Below the pieces are notes generated by a model. The model was given only the letters and a program-made list of their open reading frames with translations. It made no database searches and had not been told where the DNA came from. A DNA stretch of 64,000 nucleotides from Syncephalis fuscata S228 (taxonomy: Eukaryota; Fungi; Zoopagomycota). The stretch spans positions 1 to 64,000 of the forward strand of contig JAHLTZ010000026.1 of the NCBI GenBank assembly GCA_025786725.1, given 5' to 3'. How positions within the stretch are numbered: the first letter of the stretch is position 1; every line of letters begins with the position of its first letter. A program made the position numbers and the translations under genes. Positions 51,748 to 63,471 of the stretch are shown piece after piece.

Positions 51748-52140
51748 TTAACAGGCTACATTATTTTGTTGCCAAAAACTAAGAAATATGGCACCTTGAC
51801 GTGCCTCGCACCATCGATTAGATTGAATGCCATTTAGATTGATATATACGCTTAATGCACTGACAAGGTTTAAGTAATTGGCTGGGATGAATTCGCCGCC
51901 GCCATCTTGAGCTATCCGTGCGCAGGAAAGCCACTCGCAGTGCATTACTTGTTTAACTGGTGTTTTAGTCGCGGCCATACTTTCTCTGATACGATTTACG
52001 GCCAATGTTGTGTCTGAAACGGAATTAAAAGCGCAAAACTTGCCATTACCACAAACAATGTCTTGGGCGTTGACTAAGAGGGTAGATAAGCCTGTACAAA
52101 GCAGGACACAAATAAGAATAATGCTATTAATGATATTCAT
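51748..52140 (-). CDS. Small secreted cysteine-containing protein (130 aa), effector candidate
   Basis: Signal peptide MNIINSIILICVLLCTGLSTLLVNA. The mature part has 6 Cys and ends in Cys. Single exon. Confidence 0.7.
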   Translation of the reverse strand: MNIINSIILICVLLCTGLSTLLVNAQDIVCGNGKFCAFNSVSDTTLAVNRIRESMAATKTPVKQVMHCEWLSCARIAQDGGGEFIPANYLNLVSALSVYINLNGIQSNRWCEARQGAIFLSFWQQNNVAC

Positions 52141-52538
52141 CGTATTTGGAAAGACTATATTGCAGTAGATGAAAGGGAAAACTGGTACTGGCATAATTGT
52201 ATGGCTTGTGCTATTCGATGAATATATAAATAGACAGACAGACAAATAATTGATGTGTAAGTTTTGCAAATGACTCCGCAAGAGAAAATACTCTCATTCT
52301 CGTGACCAATAGCAGTAACAATGGTGTTTAATAATAATAACATTTGTAGCAGAGTTAATGTAAAATTCCCAAGCTGTGACAGTTACATAGTAGCCAGTCA
52401 TAGCAAAGGTAAACACTGTTTTTTTGAATCATTAAATACAATAACTAAATACTCTACAACAATAATGCTTATATATATTAACATTATTAATATTGTTTAT
52501 CTATCTATTGATTATGGCTATTACTAAAATAATAAACC

Positions 52539-53105
52539 ATTTATTGTCCAGTATGTATATATCCTCTATCCACCTATATCATTCCTATTCTATTTCATAT
52601 TGCTATATATCATTTTATGCTATACCGAATACATTATATTGTTATAGATTTAAAATACATTTAGCTTGTTAAACGAATAAAGTGAATAAGTTGAGATTCA
52701 TAAATAAGAAAGCTAGAACCAAATAAAATTGTTTTAAATAGAGAAAGTATAGAAGAATATAAAACGATATGGAATAGAATGAATATACAATGGGAAAATA
52801 CAATAAATGGTCTTGAAGCTATAGTACATATAGCGCAATGAGGAAAATGAGTAAATTATACTAGAACATATAATAAATAAAACGTGTCTAGTGTATCATA
52901 AAATGACATGTAGTAGCGTAGAAATACAATTGGAGCATATAGGTAAATAGAGAATATATGCATACTGGACAATAAATCTGATGAGGAGTATTTTAGACTC
53001 TGATGTGAATCGCCACCCAGTTCCATATTCAATGGAACAAATTTGTAGTTCAGCTATGTGAATATTGCTAAAAATGGTTGTTTAGCCCCCAAATCATACT
53101 AAATG
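52539..53105. mobile_element. MITE/fold-back-like element of the dispersed repeat family
   Basis: ATTTATTGTCCAGTATGTATAT (~52539) is the inverse of ATATGCATACTGGACAATAAAT (~52957-52978). The right arm matches the 28.6 kb and 55.5 kb copies. Confidence 0.55.
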
Positions 53106-53508
53106 CGATGATTTGAGCACGAATATCATTTACCGCCCGCTCCATACTCAATAGAACAAATATACAATTTAATTAAGCATAGCACTGGATGGCGAGTAAT
53201 ATCAAGTATCAAAATAATTAACTGACCAGTAGTTATTAATAATTCCATCGGTGCCAAGACAAGATTTGAATCCAATCAATTGGACAATAATGGTCCTAAA
53301 ATAATAAAGATTTGCGTGCACATATTACCTTTTTCCTTATCGTGCCACATCTATGATTACCAAGGTTGGCTACTGGCCTCGTTGTTACTTTTATTTTGCT
53401 ATTTCATTCCATCTTTTCTTTTGCATCATCTTCCGCTAGTCGGAATTCTCCTCTAACTTACATTATCTGACCACTATATTGCTACTGAGCAGCACTTTCC
53501 TTTTTACA

Positions 53509-54766
53509 ATGCGACTTTTATTGAAGGATTTCATTCAAACTGACAACAAAGGTCGTAGAAAATACTCAAATTTAATTATACTGGTAGGAATACTACTAGT
53601 GTTATGCTGCTGTTTTGCCAGTATCAAAGAGGTAACTATATTATAAATTAGCAACAAATACAGTACTTATACGACAAGTAGGTATCAGCCTTGGAGCGTC
53701 GTTCAATTGTTACAGAGCAGAATTACGACGCTTCTTTGACAGCAGTTGAAGCAGTACCAGCCGTTATAACCAATAGGCCATTACATGTTACACGGGAAAG
53801 TTCAGAAGATAGCAAAGAGACGTTTAGGCAAGAAGAGAAGCTACAGGCACACGATCAGCTTCATCATATTGCAGATGCAGATAAAAATGATCAATCTAAC
53901 CAACGTGCTACTGAATCAACAAGTGCACAATCGGTCAATTCGCCCATGCGTGATCTTACACTGTCATTTTTAATGATTTTGGGATCAGAAATTGGTGATA
54001 AAACGTTTTTAATTGCTGCAGTATTGGCAATGCGTCAACCGCGCCTTCTTATCTTTACTGCTGCCATGACAGCTATGATTGTTATGTCGGTGTTGTCAGC
54101 GCTATTAGGACATGTATTGCCTAATTTATTACCACGAAGAGCGGTCGATCTTGGTACAGGTATATTATTTTTGATATTCGGTGTAATGATGCTACGAGAA
54201 GGATGGGACATGGAAGCCGATGAACAACAAAAAGAGCTAGAAGAAGTACGTGCTGAATTGGAGGAAGGAGAATGGAACAACGATGATACAAAAAAAACAC
54301 TAGATATGGAGTCGGGAGATAGCCACAGTAAATTAAAAACCACTGGAAAATCAGAACTACATATAGTTGCCCGAAGATTATTGTCGCCAGTATTTGTTCA
54401 AACATTTATTCTTGTTTTTCTTGCCGAGTGGGGAGATCGTTCGCAGTTTGCAACAATTGCTATGGCCGCCGCACAGGTAAGCTAGTGAACAAATACAGTG
54501 CCGTTTTATTTTACTGATAATGTAATAGGATGTTACACTTACGATTATTGGTACCATAGCTGGCCATTCCGTTTGCACTGGTATAGCCGTCGTTGGTGGC
54601 CGTTTTCTTGCTCAGCGTATATCAGTGCGTACAGGTAAGCACAACAAACAATTGCATTGTAATAAAAGCTTACTATAGTCTATCGCCCATAGTAACTATA
54701 GCTGGAGCAGCGCTTTTCTGTTTGTTTGGTTTAATATATATTGTAACCAATAGCAACATAGACTGA
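53509..54766 (+). CDS. GDT1: GDT1/TMEM165 (UPF0016) Golgi Ca2+/Mn2+ transporter, 4 exons
   Basis: Both family motifs are present (SEIGDKTFLIA, AEWGDRSQ). ATG at 53509, introns at ~53632, 54477 and 54634, stop TGA at 54764-54766. Confidence 0.93.
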
Positions 54767-55489
54767 TTTGATTATAAATATACGTTTTTGCTAATGATCA
54801 ATTATTAGCAAAATATTACGTATCTTAGTATTGTAACCACTCCGCTTAAGTGACTATCGTTTGCTTATGCTTACTCGTATCGCTTATGCATTAGATAATT
54901 AATAAAATAGCTGCTTCCTTAGCACAACATGAACCCAATGCTATGATAAAGTAAAAATTAAGCAATTTTTGTTTTTAGGTATCAATAATTACAGTTCAAT
55001 TATAATAAATTGAATAATAGTTGTAATTAAAGGAAAGAAATGTATATATATAACCAAAATAAATTTTGTTTATTATTGTTCCAATAAAGCTAGTATTTTA
55101 CTGTTGTAGGATGGGTATGTATGCTCATATAGCTACTTGAGCATAAGGACTAACACAATATTAATAGTTTATTTAGCTGTTTATTTATTATGTCGTTGGT
55201 ATTACATTGTACTCATCCCCCCATTACATTATATGTATTATAGCTTTAACATTGTTTTATATGCCTTCCCACCGTACATTTATCATTTTATATATCATTA
55301 TATACTCGCATAACCTCGCTCTATACAAAACTGTTTTTGTTTTTGTTCTAGTGCTTTTTTAATAAACCTCAGCTCATTTACCTCATTTATTTAATAAGCT
55401 ATATGTCATTAAAACTTATAACAAGTAAAATGCGTCTAATATAACATAATAGTATATATAATAGTATAGGCATGCATTGTTAGCGATAT

Positions 55490-55655
55490 AAATGAATAGA
55501 GTATATATGCACACTAGATAATGAATTTATGATGATGAGTATTTGATGGTTGATGTCACTCACCACCCAGTTCCATGTTCAATAAAAAGAAAGTTAGCTT
55601 AATTGTGAAATTGTTATCGATTGCAGCTATTCAATCGCTAAATCACGCTAAGATT
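55490..55655 (+). repeat. Third copy of the dispersed repeat family
   Basis: ATATGCACACTAGATAATGAATTT..GATGAGTATTTG..TGATGTCACTCACCACCCAGTTCCATGTTCAAT aligns with the 28.7 kb and 53.0 kb copies. Confidence 0.65.
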
Positions 55656-55824
55656 TGTCAATAGATTGTTTAATGTTAAAGAAAATAAACAATAAAAATA
55701 ACTAAAAACAGTAACAGCAATTAAAATATACTGTAAATTATAAAGTTACGCTTAGCATGATAATTAAATATTCATTAGGTGTAATAAACTACAATTGAGT
55801 AGTTGTATGATGATTGCTTTATCA

Positions 55825-55979
55825 TAGTCAATGTATATCAATGTATACAGGTAAGCACAACAAATGATCATATTGTAACATTAGCTTACTGCAGTCTATT
55901 ACCCATAGTAACTATGGCCGGTGCAGTGCTTTTTGTTTGTTTGTTTAACATGTTTTTATTCGTTTATGGCGACATATAA
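55825..55979 (+). other. Duplicated copy of the last intron and last exon of GDT1
   Basis: ACAG|GTAAGCACAACAAA...CCCATAG|TAACTAT.GC.GG.GCAG.GCTTTT matches ~54630-54720. Confidence 0.75.
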
Positions 55980-56333
55980 TAGCATTTTAAAAGCTGCGTC
56001 ATCATCACTCGGTGCTTAATTACAAGTATTCTCATTAATGGCAATAATAGTTTTTAATAAATGGATAATTTTTACTATCTCAGCTCCATACGTTACCATG
56101 CCACTCAGAGGTAAAGTTTAAAGTATGCTACCAAGGAAGCACGCTGGTAGTAACAAGGAAAATGACTGTTGTCTTGGAATTTGTCCTCATGGCAATCGGC
56201 TACTTTTCTATATGAATAAAAACATATAAAAGTTGTAAACAATTTATTTACAGTATCATTATTTTTGCTTAAAGTTGTCTGCATTTGCATATTCTATTTT
56301 ATAGAAATATTTTATATCAACTAGTAGTTAAAC

Positions 56334-57149
56334 ATGGCTATGATTGGAACAGGACTAGGCATAGCGAGCAATTTCAGTCCCGCGCAACTTGTTTGTATAA
56401 TCAATAAGGAGCGTGTAAACTATGGACTTAATCCATTGGGACTATTGCCTGGTTTGAATAGAGCTGCGGAATACCATAACGGCTTTATGGTTAAAAATCA
56501 TAATTTGGCCATTCAGCTACCTGGAGAAACAAACTACATTGACGAAATTATACAAAAAACGCCCAATTTGTCATGGCAACGCTTTGGCATTTTGGTGGGT
56601 CAAGGATTTCCCAATGAGGCTAATTATGTAAAGTATATGTTGCAAGACGAATTGTCACGCCCAGTTATTCTAGGCGACTTTTCACACTATGGTGCAGCCA
56701 AGATTGATGCTCAAGATGGCCCGTGGTGGACGCAAGAATTTACAGATGATGGACGTCAGCACGACTTCCCAGTTTGTCCTGGGCTATCGGATGTTCCGAT
56801 AGCTACTCCTATCATTGAGCCAGCACCGTTGCCATCACCTACACCTACACCATCACCACCATCACCACCTGCACCAGTTGCTACATCTGTCCCTCTTACT
56901 CCCGAGCCCGTAGCTCCCAATCCAACAGCAACACAGCCGGCCAAAGAGCCAGTAAAGACGCCAGCTCCAGATACTACTGAGCCATCACCACCACCACCGC
57001 CACCACATTCACGCCGCATTCACTTCCCTCCGTCTGCGCTTCATGCTTCATCCTTCGCAGGTTCTTCAAAGAACAAGAAAGTAGACACAATGGCAGAAAC
57101 GACAAATACTCACAATCGGTGGATTAAAAGAAAAGGCCACAGAGGATAA
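56334..57149 (+). CDS. CAP/SCP-like domain protein with a Pro/Thr-rich tail, probably secreted
   Basis: LVCIINKERVNYGLNPL, LNRAAEYH and WWTQEF match the CAP fold. A Pro-rich linker follows. Confidence 0.75.
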   Translation: MAMIGTGLGIASNFSPAQLVCIINKERVNYGLNPLGLLPGLNRAAEYHNGFMVKNHNLAIQLPGETNYIDEIIQKTPNLSWQRFGILVGQGFPNEANYVKYMLQDELSRPVILGDFSHYGAAKIDAQDGPWWTQEFTDDGRQHDFPVCPGLSDVPIATPIIEPAPLPSPTPTPSPPSPPAPVATSVPLTPEPVAPNPTATQPAKEPVKTPAPDTTEPSPPPPPPHSRRIHFPPSALHASSFAGSSKNKKVDTMAETTNTHNRWIKRKGHRG

Positions 57150-57921
57150 TTGTATTTAATATTGCTACCGTTGTTGCTGCTTATAGATATTAAAATAAAA
57201 AATAACATAAAGATAGATCTTGTTGCTTTATAATAATTATAAATTAACGACAACCATTAAGTAATTATAGCAAAATTTTCCATTATGACAATGTTTAAAT
57301 GTATTATAGCAATAACTTTTATTTAAATAATTATCAATATTAGCTAATCATTAATCTAGCATGTTTTATTAAATTGTACTAATGTATATATGCTGTTGCG
57401 ACTGAGATCACATATGCTTATAGCAATAAGTTTGTAGGTTCTTGTGATTATTTTAAATAAAATTGATGTTTACGTTAATTCATTAATTTGCAAACAAACT
57501 GAGTTGTTACGTTTTTTAAAACCAATAAATATGATATTATCCATAGTATAGCTGCAAATGAATACCACTGATTACATTGCTAATATGCATTGTTACAATT
57601 TCCAAATTCATAGTTACGAGTTGAATAAAAATAAACCGTAAACATGGTTGTGAAAACTCAGTCAATTATAGCTAAAATAAAACCATATGTTTATTACTAC
57701 AAGCTAGCATAGTTGAATAGGTACAATTGAATGCAGGTTTGCCAGTAATATAATCGCGCTATTGGTTGAAAGCGGATAAACCAAAATATTGCTAAAAATT
57801 TGATATGTGAATGGACTGAACGGCAATTGCCAATGGATTTGAGTTTTGCCGAATGTATAGCTGGAATGTGTCAAACTAGTCGTCTAATCACATTGCCAAT
57901 ACCAATGCCTTGAAAAGCCCG

Positions 57922-60303
57922 TTAGACTGTGTTTATGAATATGCACAACATATCACATCTAGTTAGTGTATAAATCAGGAATATATAACATTGCTTACAG
58001 ACTGGTAATATAAATATTAGGACACAAACAGTGTATGATATATGCTTAGTATAGAAACAATTAATATATAATACCGCTTACATGCTATTAATAAAAAATA
58101 AACACGCACATTGAATGCTACGTGTTTAGAGTATGAAAACTAATACATAATGCCACTTACATGCTATTAATGCAAGTTATTAGATACACATAATGCACGA
58201 TATATATATTTAGCGCATAGTCAGTCAATATGCAATGTCGCTTACGATCTATCATTACAAGATATCAAACATACAAGAGGCATGGTATATGTTTAGAGCG
58301 GATAGTCAATACACAGTTTTACTTACTATCTATTGATGCAGGTTATTGGATATGCATAGTTCATATCACATGGTTAGCGTATAGTTAATTAGTAGACTGT
58401 GTCGCTTACTAGCTGTTAATACAAGTTGTTAAACACACAGATCGTATAATGTATGCTTAGTATATAGCTAGTGAGTATACAATGCCACTTACAATCTAAC
58501 AATATAAGGTATTGGCCATACACAATGCATGGCATGTACTTAGCATGTAATTAGTGAATATATAATATCACTTACTAGCTATTAATATGTGTATTAAATA
58601 CACGTGGTTCATGGTATGTGTTTAGTATATAGGTAGTTATTATACAAATACACTTACAAACTATTGATATAAATTATTAGACACGCACAATGCATGGTGT
58701 ATGTTTAGTATATAGTCACTAATATACAATGCCACTTACTCCCTATCAATACATATTATTAAATATACATGGTGCATGGCATATGCTTAATATATAGCTA
58801 TTGCATACACAATGTCACTTACCAGCTATCAATACAGGATGTTGGGCATTATATGCCATGTCATATGTTTAATGTATAAATAAATGATATACAGTATCAC
58901 TTACGAGCTATTAATACAAGTTGTCAGACACAAACAGTGTATGGCATGCGATTAAAGTACAACTCGTTAATATACGATTCACTTACAAGCTATTAATCAA
59001 AATGATTGAACACACACGATACATGCCATATATTTAGTGTATAGTTAGGTAATGTACAATGCTATTTACCATCTATTAGCACAGATATTGCACACACACG
59101 CAATGTATGATATATTAATATTGTATAGCTAATTAACATACAATATCACTTACTTTCTATCGATGCAAATTATTAACCATATAATGCACGCCATTTTTTA
59201 GTAGATAGCTAATAGTATGCAATGTCACTTACGAGCTAATAATCCAAAGTATTGACCACATATGGCACATAGTATATGATTAGTATATAGCTATTAGTTA
59301 TAGAGCACAACTTACGGGCTACATTGCAAGTTATTAAACACAAACCGTGCATCTTATGTGTTAGTATTAGTTAATTAGCATGAAATGCCACCTACTGGCT
59401 TTGATACAAGTTGTTAGACACGCACAGTGCATAAAATATGTTTAATTTTATAATTAGTTAATACACAATGCTATTTACCATCTAGTGACATAAGATTTGA
59501 ATTATTGTAGCACATTTCATATGTTCAGCACATGGCTGACCAATATGGGATGCCACTTACCAGCTATTAATACAAGTTGTTAAAAGTTACAACACATGTC
59601 ATATAGTTGGCGCATGTCTAATTAGTATACAATTCCGCTTACCTCCTATTAATAAAGTCATTAGAGATTACATCACATGCCATATATTCAGCACATGGCT
59701 GCTTAATACAAATACTACTTACCAACTATTAATACAGGTTGTTAGGCATAAACAGTGCATGGCATGTAGTTAAAGCATAGATAGCCAATATACAGTTCAC
59801 TTACAGGCTAATAATACAAGATATTAAACATATATGGTGCATGGCATGTATTTAATATGTAGATAATAAACATACACTGCCACTTACATGCTATTAATAC
59901 GAGTTAGTAAACACACATCATCACATAGCTTATGCTTAGTGTATAGCCAAGTAATATATAGCGCTACTTACATTCTAATGCTGTTTTATTAAACGCACAC
60001 GTTGCATGATATGTGTTTAGTGTATCATTAATTAGTATATAGTTATACTTACCCACTATTGATGCAAGTTATTAGACATACAAAATAAATAGCGTATAAT
60101 TAGCGCATAAATGATTAGTACATAATGCTACTTACTTTTTATTAGTGTTATTTAGTAATGTAATAGCGTTTAACTAAATGAATAACTATCTTTTGTAATG
60201 ACAACATACCGCGACGAACTAGGACTGGTGTAGCATTCACCATGGATGTAGTAGCCACAAAAACTACAATGATAGTACAAACGGTGGCAATAGAAAGCTT
60301 CAT
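57922..60303 (-). CDS. Micro-exon secreted peptide gene, locus B (MKLSIATVCTIIVVFVATTSMVNATPVLVRR-[EM or V]ESSFGADATPQNASPGISNSNNPSFF)
   Basis: Exon 1 is 60303-60210. 3-nt exons start at 60138 AAA (acceptor reads AA), 60055 TGG, 59974 AAT, 59890 CAT, 59807 CCT, 59725 TTG, 59645 GAG, 59563 CTG, 59481 ATG, 59398 CCA, 59318 CCC, 59235 CTC, 59156 AAA, 59072 ATG, 58989 CTT, 58907 CTC, 58825 CTG, 58742 GGA, 58660 TTT, 58578 CTA, 58495 ATT, 58412 CTA, 58329 ATA, 58248 ATC, 58163 CAT, 58084 CAT, 58001 TCT. The final exon starts at 57926 (TC TAA). Confidence 0.82.
57927..60209 (-). repeat. Diverged tandem array of ~80-85 bp intron plus 3-nt exon units (locus B)
   Basis: TAC-NNN-CT recurs on the plus strand with ~82-bp period. 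Intron interiors are diverged while the splice dinucleotides and the 3-nt spacing are kept. Confidence 0.92.
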
Positions 60304-61133
60304 GGTAATACTAATCTGCTAAAATAAACAAGCGAGATAGACGATAGACTGTGGCTGGCAAAGAGTAGATAGTAGCGAGTATTTGGCAAACAGTAGAGTG
60401 TGATGATGAGGCCGCTGGTTGGTTGTGTGTATTGCATAGACTATTTAAATTGATGCTATTCTGGAGCATTAAAAAATATGGTGCATGAGGTATACCTTTG
60501 AAGTACAATGCAAACCAATTAAACACATGTATATTGGTAGAGCAGTGATATGATAGTATGTAGTCTAGCCCTTTGTTTAAACCCGTTCGGTATGTACACA
60601 AAAGATACGGGTAATAACATCCATTTTATCCATGTGTAGCAGCAATCCATATAGCAATTTTCATAATATTGTTACACAGCTAATCATGCGGTCTAAACCA
60701 AATCTATTGGCTGACTGCAAAAACATAGAGACTGCACAGCTGTGCCTTTGCTGTTGTTTTCACTGACAATCTCAATTTCCAGCATTTGCATGTACTTCAG
60801 ACAACGCTAAACATCAATGCGATACCAAACTAATACGCAGAAATTGTACTATGCGAACATCTACTACGTGAATAAAACAACTGCATTTATTTAAACTATA
60901 AAAATATTAATTGGTCTACATGTGCGTTCAATCTGACATTAAAATTATTGTTACAGAGATGAATAGCATATTTAATTTGCAAAAAATTATATTTTTACAT
61001 ATCATAAAACACGCCATACAATTATCAACATTTAAAATTGCTTTTGAAATTAGTCATTACACAATGTCACAGCTTTTCTACATTGATTTGTATTATATTA
61101 ATAAAAACACAAGTTTATTTTCAGCTGAATCGT

Positions 61134-61778
61134 CTAGCAGTTGCCGGCTTCGGGTACTTGCTGCCAGTATCGCACTGTCAAGCCATATGTTGAGGCGATA
61201 TCAGTTGCATGAGTGCTAGGATTGACTGGTGCACCACCCGTTGTATCACACGAATCAGAGGCAATACGGCCATATAGATTAATGTAGACCATCATTACAC
61301 GAATTCTTTCGGATGCAGCAGTTATAATGGCGTGTTCATCGCCAGTGCGGCGTTTGTCTGGCAATGGTTTCCTTAAACGAATAGAGGCACAAGTACGCCA
61401 GGAGCAGTGGAAAAAGGTATAAGGTGTTGTGCCTTGCATTTCATTTTTTTCTGTTTCGCCGCTGAATTTTGAAGGACTGCCACGTAGCATCACTAGAATA
61501 TCCTCAACTGCTTCTGACGGATTTAAGCCAGTATAAGGCGGTGGCAATGAAGGATCATTTGGAGATGGATTGATAATAGACAGCAACTGTTTTTCAAGAC
61601 CTTCGAGCGCCGAACGCGTATCTTCAATACGGTTTGGAATGCAAATGGCCAAATGGTCATTGCATCGTAGCTGTGGTGGAGGTGTGCCAACAATCGTTCG
61701 TCGTATTAAACTGGCCGCCCATTCTGTGCGAATAAAACGGCTACTGCACAGCCAAGTAGCACGCTGGCTTTTAGCCAT
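61134..61778 (-). CDS. Hypothetical protein
   Basis: A 214-aa ORF in a locally GC-richer segment. No family recognised, and the boundaries are uncertain. Confidence 0.35.
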   Translation of the reverse strand: MAKSQRATWLCSSRFIRTEWAASLIRRTIVGTPPPQLRCNDHLAICIPNRIEDTRSALEGLEKQLLSIINPSPNDPSLPPPYTGLNPSEAVEDILVMLRGSPSKFSGETEKNEMQGTTPYTFFHCSWRTCASIRLRKPLPDKRRTGDEHAIITAASERIRVMMVYINLYGRIASDSCDTTGGAPVNPSTHATDIASTYGLTVRYWQQVPEAGNC

Positions 61779-63471
61779 AGATTTAGAAGCGAGTTATTCA
61801 TTGGGATTTGCAACAGGATCGGACAAGCACCGCAAGCCTTTGATCTGTGATGCTGATAATGATGGCGGTGATGGAACTAAGTGATACTAATAATTGCCGG
61901 AAGGTTTAATGATATTGGCAATTATAATACAGCACGACTGGATGCTTATAAACTAGAAGAGACAAAGACTAGCTATAATAACAATGTGCAGAGCTATGGA
62001 AGAAAAGAAAGAAAAAGGCTAAAGACACGGCTTTATTTGTAGCATCAGGCATTGTCTGGCAAATGCTGTCCACGCTGTAACGAGAATGCGTGGTATACAA
62101 TCCCTGGACATTGCCTTTGTCTGTTTCAATGGCCCATTTCTTTTTAGTCGCCTAAACTTTTTGTACAACGCGTTAATTATTGGACAATGAAGTCAATAGA
62201 ACATGCGTTGTATCACGCTGCTTTCTATGGCCCAAAATAGGCGATGATCCAGGGCGTCATGTTAAAATCGTTTGCCTTTTTTTTATAATTTTCTTTTATA
62301 GTATATCGTTAAAAATCTAAACGCTTTATTATACCGTTCATAAATCCTTATTACCATAATGATATAAAGTATCATAAGCATTAACATTGTGTAGATTATC
62401 AAACAAGTTACTGGTTTCAACTTTGATTTCGTATAACATCATCGACCTTATTCGTAATATTATTGCTACTGTATTTCAATTACTATCTATTCTCACATTG
62501 CTAGATAAAGTACTATTTCTGAAATAAATATGTTTATACAATTCGAATTACACGGACTAGTATACTCATTAATAGCATATAGCTATAAAAACAGACTCAG
62601 CCACAAATGTATGATTGAATTTTATTATGATGAATAGCACAATGCTATAATTATAAACATGTACAAAAACGTGCATACTTAAAGCCAGTCAGCCTTGAAT
62701 ATCATATTCTATGCACTGTTCCATTTTTAAACAGTGTAACCGTCAGCTATACGGCTATTTTAATAAACCAAACGAGCAAACAAAGCGATTGGCTAAAACT
62801 TTATGTATTCGTTACTGTTTTAATAATACTGGTATGTCTAATAAATACGTCATCAAAGCTAGTACAACGTCAGTTACATTTTACCTGTGTTGCATAAATC
62901 TATTATAGGTATAACTGCCAGTTGACATCATTACACCATATTAATAGAATTAATGGCAATCCGGTTAAACTAAAAAGTATTGTAGTTATCAAATAATGCA
63001 AAAATATTCTAAATTAGTATAGAAATTTCTGATTCTTGTACATTGTTCGTATAGTTACAACGATTATCAATACAAGCTACAACACGATTTGAACGCCAAT
63101 TAGAATATCAATATACTTGATTCTATAACGTTATTATCAATTACTTTATAAAAAACTAATAAAATGTTAATTAATTATAATATACTAATTTAGAATGTAC
63201 AAAATAGCCCAATATACATATTTATTAATAGTTAGGCGGTACACTTTTACGAATAAAAGTGTTTATACAAAATTGATTATGCAAAATGAAATTGATGGAA
63301 AAAAATGTTAAGATCACTCGCTGTCCTTTGTTGAAACGGTGATGGTGGTCGTAATTGTGGTTCTTGTATCTTTACCACAACTTGTGTAATTGATCGCTGT
63401 ACCATAAACTGCTCTATCGTTTGTTACTTCTGTTTCTAATAATTGACCTGCAAAGCTATCATCATTGTCGT

